A stretch of 58,362 bases of DNA from Candidatus Latescibacterota bacterium (GCA_041690195.1 JAWLHT010000001.1:1-58362), one strand, 5' to 3'. Positions 1-9,033 are shown, numbered from the stretch's first letter. The notes: generated by a model not told the origin, from the sequence alone. Translations and numbers: made by a program.

Positions 1-1456
1 TGGCACGGAAGAGCGCCCGCGCCTTGTTCAGGCATTCCTGGTATTCCGTTTCCGGGTCGGAATCGGCCACAATGCCCGCCCCGGCCTGCACGTACGCCGT
101 GCCGTCCTGAACCGCCATGGTCCGGATGGCGATGCAGGAGTCCACGTTGCCCCGGTAATCGGCATACCCGATACAGCCGCCGTAGAGGCCGCGACGGGTG
201 GTCTCCAGCTCGTCGATGATCTCCATGGCCCGGACCTTCGGGGCGCCGGATAACGTTCCCGCCGGAAAAAAGGACAGGAGGGCGTCGAACCGGTCCCTGC
301 CCTCCTGCAACGTTCCTTTCACGGAACTCACCATGTGCATGACATGACTGTACCGCTCGATGAACATGGCGTCCTCGACCCGCACCGAACCATAGCGGGC
401 GACCCGTCCCACATCGTTCCGTCCCAGATCGAGCAGCATGACATGTTCGGCGCACTCCTTCTCATCGTTGCGCAGTTCCTCGGCGAGCGCGGCGTCCTCC
501 GCCGGGGTTTTCCCTCGCTTGCGGGTTCCGGCTATGGGACGCGCCTCCATCTCGCCGTTTTCCACACGCACGAACATTTCGGGCGAAGCCCCGGCGATGT
601 CCATGCGGTCGGTGGAGATGAAAAACATGTAGGGGGAGGGGTTGACAATGCGGAGCATGCGGTACACATCGAAGGGCGAAACTGTCAGCTCACGGGCGAA
701 CCGCTGGGAGAGCACCACCTGGATGACATCGCCGGCGGTGATGTATTCCTTGCAACGGAGGACGTTCTTGACAAACCCGAGCTTGTCTATGTTGGGGACC
801 GTCTCGGCACGTCCGCCACCCCGGACTGGTGCGGGTGCGGTGCGCTTCGCCAGCAGAGATTCCAGACGCTCGATGCGGGAAACCGCCAGGTGATAGCGGT
901 CCTCCAGCGTCCCCGGTCCGTCGGTGTGCACGTTGGAAATGATGGATATGGTGCGCCCGATGTTGTCAAACACCAGGATGGTGTCGTAGAACATGAAGAA
1001 AATGTCATCGATCCCGTAATCGTCCCGCGTCGAGTCGGGAATGTCTTCGACCAGCCGCACCGCGTCATAGGCGAAATACCCCACTCCGCCGCCGGTAAAC
1101 CGGGGAAGCCCGGGAAGGTCCACCGCGTGATAGGACCCCATGATCCGCCTCAGTTCACCGATGGGGTCGCCGCTGAACCGTCGTTCCATTCCGGTGTTGA
1201 GATCGCGGACTGTCCCGGTTTCCCCCCGTGAACGAAATACAAGAAAAGGGTCGGCTCCCAAGAAGGAATACCGGGCCATCTTCTCGCCGCCTTCCACGCT
1301 TTCCAGGAGGAAGGAATAGGTACTCCGGTCCCGTATCTTGAGGTACGCGGATACCGGGGTCTCCGTATCGGCGAGGAGTGCTTTCACCACCGGGATGACA
1401 TTCCCTTCATCGGTGCGCTTTTTCAGTTCTTCAAAGCTCGGGCTGATCACGGTCAA
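1..1456 (-). CDS. trpE: anthranilate synthase component I; the C-terminus runs off the left window edge
   Basis: Absent from the ORF track because it is open at position 1. Minus-strand translation from 1456 reads LTVISPSFEELKKRTDEGNVIPVVKALLADTETPVSAYLKIRDRSTYSFLLESVEGGEKMARYSFLGADPF. Near 181-270 it reads FFPAGTLSGAPKVRAMEIIDELETTRRGLY. The LLESxxGGE..RYSF and GAPKxRAMEII motifs are TrpE hallmarks. Start is TTG 1456 or GTG 1450 (AAGGA upstream). The plus-strand ORF 335..1231 is its shadow. Confidence 0.85.
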   Translation of the reverse strand, partial: MTVISPSFEELKKRTDEGNVIPVVKALLADTETPVSAYLKIRDRSTYSFLLESVEGGEKMARYSFLGADPFLVFRSRGETGTVRDLNTGMERRFSGDPIGELRRIMGSYHAVDLPGLPRFTGGGVGYFAYDAVRLVEDIPDSTRDDYGIDDIFFMFYDTILVFDNIGRTISIISNVHTDGPGTLEDRYHLAVSRIERLESLLAKRTAPAPVRGGGRAETVPNIDKLGFVKNVLRCKEYITAGDVIQVVLSQRFARELTVSPFDVYRMLRIVNPSPYMFFISTDRMDIAGASPEMFVRVENGEMEARPIAGTRKRGKTPAEDAALAEELRNDEKECAEHVMLLDLGRNDVGRVARYGSVRVEDAMFIERYSHVMHMVSSVKGTLQEGRDRFDALLSFFPAGTLSGAPKVRAMEIIDELETTRRGLYGGCIGYADYRGNVDSCIAIRTMAVQDGTAYVQAGAGIVADSDPETEYQECLNKARALFRA

Positions 1457-1598
1457 CGTCCTTGATTGAAAGATATATATCCAGAGTACTTCATAAATGC
1501 AGCGTGAGTTGCTTGATTACAAAACTACCGGTATACATAGTCCGATACAGAAAACCGCAGAAGTTTATGTATTGTCCCAGCGCCCGCCTCCTGCCTTC

Positions 1599-2951
1599 TC
1601 AATACGTAAACCGTACCGTGTAACTCACCGTGGCTTCCCCGTTGGCGGGCACTTTCACCGTGAATTCGATAGTATTCGCATCCTTGCGGGTAAATTCCTG
1701 GCTTCTCTGCACAATTTCCCAAGAACCCGGAAGATTTTCCACTGCGGTGACCGTGACCGCCTCTTTCTTGCGGTTGCGAAGGACGATTTCTACTCTCTGT
1801 TCATTTACACGGGGGGAAATGCTGCGGGTTTCCACAACCCTGCGTTCACCGGAAAGTTCGAACGCCCTTCCCACCGCAAGCCGTACATCCCCGCCCACCG
1901 GAGTATGATCGAGAGAGTCCTCGCCAATGAGGATAGTGGCATCCTCACCCTCCGCCTTGTATACCCGAACCCTTCCGGCGGGAAGCGGAACACCCGGCCC
2001 CGCCTTTTCGATGTTGACGAACTTCAGGACGGTCATGACGTCCTCACGGTAGCGGTTCGGGTTGAAAACATACTGCTTTTCCACCGGAACGGTGCGCGGC
2101 GCAAAAAGCGATATCTGCTTCACCGATGCGTCTTCGAGCGTGGTGCTTCCCTGGAGGTCGTAAACATGATACTCGAACAGCCCGCGTTCCTCAAAGCCGC
2201 CCGCCTGGTCGGCCGCCTCCGCCATCATGGCCCGTTTCTCCATCCCGAACATCTGGGCCGGACGCGGAGTGCGGACCCGGTTGATCTCGCCCGCCACCAG
2301 TTTGAGCGCGGCGTTCTCGTAGCGCTCACCCGACTGGTTCTGAATGGAGGCGAGGGAAGAAAGCTCAAGCGCGGTTTCATCGGCATTCACCACCGCCGTA
2401 TATTCCGCATGCCAGGAAAGTCCCTCCGTGAGATAGGACATGCCTACCGGAACCGTTCCCGCCCGGTCGCTCGTGAGTGTCCAGACCAGAGTGGGACGGT
2501 TCACCAGATCGACGGGAAGCTCCGGGAATTCGTACCGCTCGACCGCATTCGCCCGCACTACGACCAGTTGACCCTCTTCGGTCCGGAGCACGATATCTCC
2601 ATCCGCGGAAAGCAGGATTCCCCGGACCACCGTTCCCCCGTCCATGAAGATGGATATTTCCCGGTTCAGGTATTCCCGAATCACCTTCTGAGGATTGGTT
2701 ACATCAAACCGGAAGTTCTGTTCCACCAGGCGTACCGTCCCCTGCTGCGCATTCAACCGTACGGAGGTCGGATCAATGCGGTCGGCCACACCGGCATAAG
2801 ACACGGTCTGGGTTCCGCGCGTCAGGTCGAGACGGATGGTCTTTTTTACAAGACCCAGGTTATTGTTATAGACAACCACCGAGGTGTCCTGTCCCCATGC
2901 GGAAAGCGCGAACACCGAGCAGGCGAACATGATAAAGATATTCTTTTTCAT
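1599..2951 (-). CDS. exported DUF4139/DUF4140 (MuiA-like) domain protein
   Basis: ORF 1599..3089 trimmed to ATG 2951, which is preceded by AAGGAG. The N-terminus MKKNIFIMFACSVFALSAWGQ is a signal peptide. VVVYNNNLGLVKKTIRLDL..IDPTSVRL and the ~450-aa length match my recollection of the DUF4140+DUF4139 architecture. Confidence 0.7.
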   Translation of the reverse strand: MKKNIFIMFACSVFALSAWGQDTSVVVYNNNLGLVKKTIRLDLTRGTQTVSYAGVADRIDPTSVRLNAQQGTVRLVEQNFRFDVTNPQKVIREYLNREISIFMDGGTVVRGILLSADGDIVLRTEEGQLVVVRANAVERYEFPELPVDLVNRPTLVWTLTSDRAGTVPVGMSYLTEGLSWHAEYTAVVNADETALELSSLASIQNQSGERYENAALKLVAGEINRVRTPRPAQMFGMEKRAMMAEAADQAGGFEERGLFEYHVYDLQGSTTLEDASVKQISLFAPRTVPVEKQYVFNPNRYREDVMTVLKFVNIEKAGPGVPLPAGRVRVYKAEGEDATILIGEDSLDHTPVGGDVRLAVGRAFELSGERRVVETRSISPRVNEQRVEIVLRNRKKEAVTVTAVENLPGSWEIVQRSQEFTRKDANTIEFTVKVPANGEATVSYTVRFTY

Positions 2952-2993
2952 AACATTCTCCTTGGACTGGAAGTTCGATGTAGCCGCAAGGGC

Positions 2994-3023
2994 ATAAAAA
3001 AACCACCGGGCGCCCGGTGGTTT
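2994..3023 (-). terminator. intrinsic terminator, acting as the attenuator terminator behind the trp leader peptide
   Basis: Minus strand reads AAACCACCGGGCGCCCGGTGGTTTTTTTAT. This gives a 9-10 bp GC-rich perfect stem around a GCGC loop, followed by a T7 run. No gene other than the 18-codon leader ORF lies upstream on this strand. Confidence 0.8.
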
Positions 3024-3064
3024 CAAATCCTCGCGTGTCTCCAGACACGGGTTTGGGCGCAGTT

Positions 3065-3121
3065 CTATCCTCGATCGATGTACCACCACCAGAAAGCGAT
3101 CTGAGAGAACGTGCGCAACAT
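3065..3121 (-). CDS. putative trp operon leader peptide MLRTFSQIAFWWWYIDRG (18 aa, three consecutive Trp codons)
   Basis: Minus-strand ATG 3121 through TAG 3065-3067. AGGAGG lies 13 nt upstream. TGG TGG TGG occupy codons 11-13. A small hairpin (3031-3050) and the intrinsic terminator follow within 45-100 nt. The ORF is too short for the supplied track. Confidence 0.65.
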   Translation of the reverse strand: MLRTFSQIAFWWWYIDRG

Positions 3122-3165
3122 ACCCTTGTTACTTCCTCCTGGAGAGATAAAAGTTCAATAGTGGT

Positions 3166-3194
3166 AATAAAATCTGATCGGGAGAAGATGTCAA
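3166..3194 (-). promoter_or_regulatory. sigma70-like promoter for the trp leader transcript
   Basis: Minus strand reads TTGACA (3189-3194), a 17-nt spacer, then TTTATT (3166-3171), about 45 nt upstream of the leader ATG. Confidence 0.4.
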
Positions 3195-3262
3195 GTGTAT
3201 TTTTTCCGGACCCCGCTCCCCTGTGTCCCATTCTTGAAAATAATAGCCATGTCCTCACCCCC

Positions 3263-3478
3263 GGCTTACACGCCATTGTCGTAAACATAAGGAAAAATCG
3301 TTGGCACGCATGAGTACAAAAAGATAATCAATGGAAGCTATGGTCGATAACTCACCTCCTTACGCCCCCTCTCTCTGGAGAGAGAGGGGGACGAGGGGTG
3401 AGCTTAGTTCCTGGTCTGTACTGCAAGACACCCGTTCACTACTATCTGCTTATGTATACGACAATGGGCTTACACGCC
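3263..3478. repeat. 191-bp inverted-repeat element (MITE-like) flanked by a perfect 12-bp direct repeat
   Basis: The direct repeat GGCTTACACGCC occurs at 3263-3274 and 3467-3478. ATTGTCGTAAACATAAG (3275-3291) and CTTATGTATACGACAAT (3449-3465) are inverted repeats matching 16/17. A central long hairpin spans 3351-3402, with an 11-bp perfect core CCCCCTCTCTC/GAGAGAGGGGG. There is no credible internal ORF. Confidence 0.6.
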
Positions 3479-3621
3479 GGAAAGCGGCTTGGATCTTCAA
3501 CCCCCTCCCCATGGGCAAATAGACATATCTCGTGAGTTTTTCGTTTGGATACCGGCCGTTCTCTTTATTTATTATGTATCAATGGAAAGTTCAACATCCC
3601 TTATTCCTAGGAGGAATCCGC

Positions 3622-4998
3622 ATGAGACGTCGCGACCTGTTTCGCATGATCCCGCTCGCCGTTCCCGCTCTGGCCGGGGCCGGAACCCTATCCGCCCAAA
3701 CCATGACACAGTGCCCGAAAACTGGCGCCCCCGCCGAGCCGCTGGCGCTCATGTACACCCGCCGGGTCCGCGAGATACTGCAGATGGTCCGCGCGAGCCA
3801 GTCGGAAAACATTCTCGAATCCGCCTACGCCATCGCCCGCACGGTGCAGAAGGGCAGCCGGGTCTGGTGCTGCTGGGACCTGGGCCATACCAATAATTCG
3901 GACATTTTCCCCGACCGTAACGGCGAGCCGGAAATCGTCACCGCCGGGTATGATGCAAAACAGGTGAAGAACGGGGATCTCGTGTTGGCCAATTTTCCAT
4001 GGCCGGCGGGATACCTGGACGACATGGCCAAAAAGGACCTCTTCGTGGTCGGCGGTCCCTGCCCCTGGGGAGGTGATATCGCTGGCGTGGGTTACATCAC
4101 ACCCGATATTCAACGGCTCAAAATCCGCCCCATGGCCGATATCTGGATCGAAACCTACACGGACCACATCGGCGCCCAGGTAAAAGTCCCCAATTCCCCT
4201 GCCCCGCTGGGTCCCGAGTCGGGGGTGGTCTCCTCTACGGTCTTCTGGATGATGATGGCGGACGCATGCCGGGTGCTCGCCCGCGATGGCAAACCGGTCA
4301 GGGTCAAGGGAGACGAACCTGCGCTGGAAGCCAAAGCGCCTCGCGCCAGCCTGGATGCCCCGCTCATGGATGACTTCTTCGACGAGATCATGCGCCAGCT
4401 GGAAATGATCGGCATGGAACTCGGCAGTATCCGCAAAATGGCAAGCCTCGCGGTCGATTCGCTTCTCAACGGCGGTTCTGTATACTTCTATAGCAGGTAC
4501 CCCGAATCACTGGCGGGCGAAGCGAGCGGACGCCGCGGCGGATTCGCGTTCGCCAAGGGCCTCTCCGACGGGCGGAAGTTCAACGGCACATCCAAGGACT
4601 GCGTGATCATGGGTACCTACAAACCCGACGATGAAGTTGATCTCAAGCACCTCCAGGCATTCCGGAGCCAAGGCATGAAGGTTGCTTCTATCGGTCCGGT
4701 CACCCGGAATATCCGGGTCTCCGACGGTGCTGCGGTCTTCAGGCAGACCGATGTTCATGTCGGTCGCATGATGGATACCTACGGCTGCTTCGCTCTCCCC
4801 GGTTTCGAGAAGAAGGTCTGCCTCACTTCCGGCATCATCAGCACTGCCATTCTCTGGGCCATGAGCGGGGAGATCGTCCAGCAGGTCATGGACCGCACCG
4901 GCGGCGACGTACCGGGAATCAACTTCAACGGCGCGCTTCAGTGGGGCGGCGCCTATGATGCCCGGATTGGCGCCATGATGCAGACGAGAGGATACTGA
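3622..4998 (+). CDS. Tat-signal exported protein with two SIS-like (UPF0309-like) halves; function unknown
   Basis: ORF 3532..4998 trimmed to ATG 3622, preceded by TAGGAGGA. The N-terminus MRRRDLFRMIPLAVPALAGAGTLSAQ is a twin-arginine signal. The two halves resemble each other and SIS-fold proteins (..GSRVWCCWDLGHT.. versus ..GGSVYFYSRYPESLAGEASGRRGG..). Confidence 0.6.
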   Translation: MRRRDLFRMIPLAVPALAGAGTLSAQTMTQCPKTGAPAEPLALMYTRRVREILQMVRASQSENILESAYAIARTVQKGSRVWCCWDLGHTNNSDIFPDRNGEPEIVTAGYDAKQVKNGDLVLANFPWPAGYLDDMAKKDLFVVGGPCPWGGDIAGVGYITPDIQRLKIRPMADIWIETYTDHIGAQVKVPNSPAPLGPESGVVSSTVFWMMMADACRVLARDGKPVRVKGDEPALEAKAPRASLDAPLMDDFFDEIMRQLEMIGMELGSIRKMASLAVDSLLNGGSVYFYSRYPESLAGEASGRRGGFAFAKGLSDGRKFNGTSKDCVIMGTYKPDDEVDLKHLQAFRSQGMKVASIGPVTRNIRVSDGAAVFRQTDVHVGRMMDTYGCFALPGFEKKVCLTSGIISTAILWAMSGEIVQQVMDRTGGDVPGINFNGALQWGGAYDARIGAMMQTRGY

Positions 4999-5055
4999 CG
5001 CTCCCCATAGTTCCCGGGAATCGGGAGCTATGCCTTTTGGGGAATGTTACGCAAA

Positions 5056-5086
5056 CGGGGGACCGGTATATCGTACCGGTCCCCCG
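5056..5086. terminator. bidirectional terminator hairpin between convergent genes
   Basis: CGGGGGACCGGTA-TATCG-TACCGGTCCCCCG forms a perfect 13-bp stem. It is flanked by AAA on one side and TTCTTT on the other. It lies between the 3' ends of the 3622..4998 gene and hisB. Confidence 0.75.
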
Positions 5087-5108
5087 TTCTTTCAGAGTGT
5101 TTCGTTAT

Positions 5109-5696
5109 TTACAGCATTCCTTTTGACGAGTGCTGTCCCCGGACCCGCGGGTCGGGACGCACTGCATCGGCAAGAGCGCGGGCAGCGGCCTTGAACACGG
5201 CCTCAAGGTCGTGATGTCCGTTGGCGGACTTGAGAAGATCGAGATGCAGATTCAGACGGGCATTGTCCGCAAAGGCCCGGAAAAATTCCGGGACGAGTTC
5301 GACATCGAAATCGCCCACTTTCTCCACGGAGGGCGCAACCCGGTAATCCAGCGCGCTCCGCCCGGAAAGATCAACCACAGCCCTCGCCAGCGCGTACTCC
5401 ATGGGAACATGGGAACAGCCGTACCGGGCAATCCCCGCCTTGTCACCAAGCGTATCCAGAAATACCTGTCCGAGTACGATTCCCACATCCTCTACCGAAT
5501 GATGATAATCGACCTCGATATCACCCCGGCAGGTTACGGTAAGGTCGAAAAATCCATGCCGCGCGAAAAGGGTGAGCATGTGGTCGAAAAACCCGATGCC
5601 GGTATCCACTGTGGATTCACCGGTCCCGTCCAGGGTCAGGGAAATGGATACATCGGTTTCCCGGGTGGTGCGCTTGCGGCTTGCCGATCTGCTCAT
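5109..5696 (-). CDS. hisB: imidazoleglycerol-phosphate dehydratase
   Basis: 195-aa ORF containing RETDVSISL..DTGIGFFDHMLTLFARHG..DYHHSVEDVGIVLG..HHDLEAVFKA, typical IGPD motifs. Its start overlaps the hisC stop (ATGA). Confidence 0.95.
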   Translation of the reverse strand: MSRSASRKRTTRETDVSISLTLDGTGESTVDTGIGFFDHMLTLFARHGFFDLTVTCRGDIEVDYHHSVEDVGIVLGQVFLDTLGDKAGIARYGCSHVPMEYALARAVVDLSGRSALDYRVAPSVEKVGDFDVELVPEFFRAFADNARLNLHLDLLKSANGHHDLEAVFKAAARALADAVRPDPRVRGQHSSKGML

Positions 5697-6790
5697 GATC
5701 GATCCTCCCGTTGCAGTTCATCCATAACCCGCCGGAAAGCGTCAAGAAACCGGCGGTTGTCCTCAGGTGTGGAAACCGATACCCGGATTGCCTTTCCCAG
5801 CATTGGATAGGACGACACATCCCGAACAAGAAATCCTTCCTTCAGAAGCTCCGTAAAGATCCGCTTCGGCGCGTACGGCGTTTCGACCAGGAAAAAGTTC
5901 GCCCGACTGGCGTGCGCGGTGACATCCCCGATGGCATTCAATGCACGAATGAGGGGATCCCGCTCCGCCACGATGGTCCGCACTGTCTTGTCCAGAGCCG
6001 CCCGGTTCTCCAGAAGCTTGATGGCAGCGACTACGGAAAAGAAATTCAGGTTGTACGGCAGCTTGGCTTTATCCACTTCCCGGGCCAGCGTCGGATCCAT
6101 GAGACCGTAACCCACCCGCAGACCCGCCAGGGAGAATGCCTTGGAGAAAGTCCGAAGCACCACGAGATTGTCATGCTTTTCGAGCAGTCCGGAAACGGTT
6201 TCCCCCGCAAACTCGAAATAGGCCTCGTCAACCACTACCGGTTTGTCGGTGCGATCCAGCAGTGAGGCGACCCGCTCCGGCGGATAGAGGCCGCCGGTGG
6301 GATTGTTGGGTGAACAGATCACCAGAAGGTCGCCTTCGGCGACAAAGCGTTCCTCCAATGTATCACAGTCGAAGGAAAAGTCCGGCTTCAGCGGCACCCG
6401 GATGACCTCCGAGCCGAGCACCGAAGCCAGGAGCCCATAAACGGTGAATGTCGGCTCCGGAATCACCAGCCTCTTCCCGGGTCCGAGAAACACGGTCATG
6501 AGCGCCTGGATGATCTCGTTGGAACCGTTACCCGCCAATACTCCGTCTGATTGCCAGCCGGCGTACCCGGCCAGGCGCTCATGCAGTTCCGCGGGAATGA
6601 ACGGTGGGTATCGCGACCAGCTCCGTTCCAGAGCATAATCGAGAATTTCCCGTTTGATCCCTTCGGGAACATCGTAGGGGTTTTCGTTCTGATTGATTTT
6701 GATTTCGTACTGGTACTCCCGGAGCGTATAGGCGGAAATCTCCCTGATTTCCGGCTTTACCCGCTCCAGCACCGATCGCTTCTCCATCAT
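5693..6790 (-). CDS. hisC: histidinol-phosphate aminotransferase
   Basis: ORF 5693..6859 trimmed to ATG 6790, directly after the hisD stop. Contains ..KINQNENPYDVP..SPNNPTG..LRTFSKAFSLAGLRVGY.., class-II aminotransferase HisC motifs. Confidence 0.9.
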   Translation of the reverse strand: MMEKRSVLERVKPEIREISAYTLREYQYEIKINQNENPYDVPEGIKREILDYALERSWSRYPPFIPAELHERLAGYAGWQSDGVLAGNGSNEIIQALMTVFLGPGKRLVIPEPTFTVYGLLASVLGSEVIRVPLKPDFSFDCDTLEERFVAEGDLLVICSPNNPTGGLYPPERVASLLDRTDKPVVVDEAYFEFAGETVSGLLEKHDNLVVLRTFSKAFSLAGLRVGYGLMDPTLAREVDKAKLPYNLNFFSVVAAIKLLENRAALDKTVRTIVAERDPLIRALNAIGDVTAHASRANFFLVETPYAPKRIFTELLKEGFLVRDVSSYPMLGKAIRVSVSTPEDNRRFLDAFRRVMDELQREDRS

Positions 6791-6791
6791 C

Positions 6792-8078
6792 TCACCTGTA
6801 TCGTATGGTGACCGCCCGGGCGTGGGCTTCGAACCCTTCGGAGCGCGCCAGACGGTCAATCTTGTCCCCGTGTTTCAGGATGGCTTCCCTGGTATACTCA
6901 ACAACGTTCATACACTTCTGAAAATCGTAGACCCCGAGAGGAGAAGCGTATCGCGCCGCACCGGAAGTGGGTAGCACGTGATTCGGTCCCGCAAAGTAAT
7001 CAGACACCGGTTCGGGGGAGTACGCTCCGAGGAATACCGCCCCGGCGTTACGCACCCGTTCCAAAAGCGCGGTGTAATCATTCACCACCAGTTCCAGATG
7101 CTCGGGAGCAATGCGATTGACCGCCTCGGCAGCCTGTTCCATATCTTTCACAAGGATGAGGGCGTTGGCGTCGAGTACCGAGCGGACAGCGTCCGCGTTT
7201 GGCAGGGACTCGACCTGACGCTCCAGTTCTTCACGCACGGCCAGGGCCAGTGATTCGGAAGTGGTCAGAAGCACCGCCATTTCCTCACCACTGCCGTGTT
7301 CGGCCTGGGAAAGGAGGTCCGCCGCAACAAAAGCCGGACTGGCGGTTTCATCGGCTACCACTACGATCTCCGAGGGTCCGGCGAACATGTCAATGTCCAC
7401 ATGCCCAAACACGAGCTTTTTGGCGGTCTGCACCCAGGAATTGCCCGGCCCGACAATTTTGTCAACCCGGGGGATGCTTTCCGTACCGTAGGCAAGTGCC
7501 GCCACAGCTTGGGCACCGCCGATGGTGTACACTTCCTCGATTCCCAGTTCCACCAATGCGGCGGCAACATGGGGATTCTCCCGGAACCGGGCGGGCGGGG
7601 TAACCACAACCAGCCGCCGGACTCCCGCCACCTGCGCCGGAACCGCATTCATGACGATGGTGGAGGGATACGCTCCTGCGCCTCCCGGAACATAGAGTCC
7701 CGCGGCATCGAGCGGGAGATAGCGCAGCCCGAGACGAACGTTGTCGGCTCCCATCATCCAGCAGGATTCCCTTACCTGGAGTTCATGGAACCGTCGTATG
7801 TTGTCAATGGACTCCCGAAGCGCATCGAGAAACTCCGGGGCAACGCCGGCGTGGAGCTCGCGCATGAGATCAAGAGGCACGGGAGCGAGCGCACCGAGGT
7901 CCACCTTATCGAACCGGCGCGTGTATTCGAGCACCGCCGCGTCACCCCGGACGCGCACATCCTCGACAAGCGCACGGACACTCGCTTCTACTTCCGCATC
8001 GAAGGATAGCTCCCTCAGGAATATGGACTGCAGCTTCGGGTTCCGTTCGACATCGGCATACGCAACGATCGGTATCAT
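6792..8078 (-). CDS. hisD: histidinol dehydrogenase
   Basis: 428-aa ORF containing ..[62 protein letters not shown].. Confidence 0.95.
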   Translation of the reverse strand: MIPIVAYADVERNPKLQSIFLRELSFDAEVEASVRALVEDVRVRGDAAVLEYTRRFDKVDLGALAPVPLDLMRELHAGVAPEFLDALRESIDNIRRFHELQVRESCWMMGADNVRLGLRYLPLDAAGLYVPGGAGAYPSTIVMNAVPAQVAGVRRLVVVTPPARFRENPHVAAALVELGIEEVYTIGGAQAVAALAYGTESIPRVDKIVGPGNSWVQTAKKLVFGHVDIDMFAGPSEIVVVADETASPAFVAADLLSQAEHGSGEEMAVLLTTSESLALAVREELERQVESLPNADAVRSVLDANALILVKDMEQAAEAVNRIAPEHLELVVNDYTALLERVRNAGAVFLGAYSPEPVSDYFAGPNHVLPTSGAARYASPLGVYDFQKCMNVVEYTREAILKHGDKIDRLARSEGFEAHARAVTIRYR

Positions 8079-8160
8079 GACATATCCTCGAATGAGAAAG
8101 GCGGGATAACCGTATCCTCCGCATACGCACCGGAATACGCCCCGCCCCCCGATTACGGAA

Positions 8161-9033
8161 TCAATAAATCACTTTGTTCAGCGGATACTCGATAATCCCC
8201 TCGGCGCCGTATTTTTTCAGGACAGGGATTAGTTCACGAACCTTGGTCTCGTCAATGATCACCTCAATAGCCAGCCATCCCTCCTGCTTGAGATGAGAAA
8301 CCGTGGGATTGTTCAGACTCGGCAGGAGCGAGGAGACATCTTCCAACCGGTCGGCGGGCAGATTCATTTTGAGCCCGACCTTGAACTCGGCATTCAGCGC
8401 CCCCTGCAGGAGCATGGCCATGTTCTCAACCTTTTCTCGCTTCCAAGGGTCGGCATAGGCCTCCCGGTTCATCACCAGCACCGTGGTGGATTCGAGAATG
8501 GTGTCAATGATCCGGAGCTTGTTGGCCCGAAGGGAAGACCCGGTCACAGTCACATCCACGATGGCATCGGCCAGACGGGGCGGTTTGACCTCCGTTGCTC
8601 CCCAGCTGAATTCGACATCCGCCTTGATTCCCCGCTCCGTGAAATACCGATCCGTATAACGAACCAGTTCGGTGGCGATCCGTTTTCCGGAGAGCTGGGA
8701 TATTTCGGTGACATCGGAACTCTCGGGAACCGCCACCACCCAGCGGACCGGTACGAACCCGCCGCGGGCGTAGAGCAGTTTGCAGATTTCCACCACGTCC
8801 GAATCATACTCACGCACCCAGTCCTGTCCGGTGATTCCGGCATCCAGAACCCCGTCTTCCACGTAATGCCCCATTTCCTGGGCGCGGATGAGCAGTCCTT
8901 CCAGTTCCGGATCATCTATCGTCGGGATATAGGAACGGTCGGTCAGCCGGATGCGGTATCCGGCCTTCCGGAAAATATCGAACGTCGGTTCCTGCAGACT
9001 TCCCTTGGGCAGCCCGAGTTTCAGCTGGTTCAT
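8161..9033 (-). CDS. hisG: ATP phosphoribosyltransferase, long form with C-terminal regulatory domain
   Basis: ORF 8161..9111 trimmed to ATG 9033, preceded by AAGGAG. Begins [18 protein letters not shown] and contains ..[31 protein letters not shown]... The ~290-aa length implies the HisG-L type. Confidence 0.9.
   Translation of the reverse strand: MNQLKLGLPKGSLQEPTFDIFRKAGYRIRLTDRSYIPTIDDPELEGLLIRAQEMGHYVEDGVLDAGITGQDWVREYDSDVVEICKLLYARGGFVPVRWVVAVPESSDVTEISQLSGKRIATELVRYTDRYFTERGIKADVEFSWGATEVKPPRLADAIVDVTVTGSSLRANKLRIIDTILESTTVLVMNREAYADPWKREKVENMAMLLQGALNAEFKVGLKMNLPADRLEDVSSLLPSLNNPTVSHLKQEGWLAIEVIIDETKVRELIPVLKKYGAEGIIEYPLNKVIY

Noticed and set aside
335-1231. 298-aa plus-strand ORF (and nested ORFs 438..632, 642..893) at the left end
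   Set aside because: It lies antisense to a clear trpE reading frame that is open to the window edge. The product is low-complexity (Gly/Arg/His/Pro-rich), typical of a shadow ORF in GC-rich DNA.
1497-3104. 535-aa plus-strand ORF opposite the DUF4139 gene
   Set aside because: Shadow ORF. It has an Arg/Gly/His-rich composition and no recognisable motifs. The minus-strand frame has a signal peptide, an SD and family-like sequence.
3331-3522. 63-aa plus-strand ORF inside the inverted-repeat element
   Set aside because: It spans the central hairpin and right terminal repeat, has no SD, and its sequence is dictated by the palindromes.
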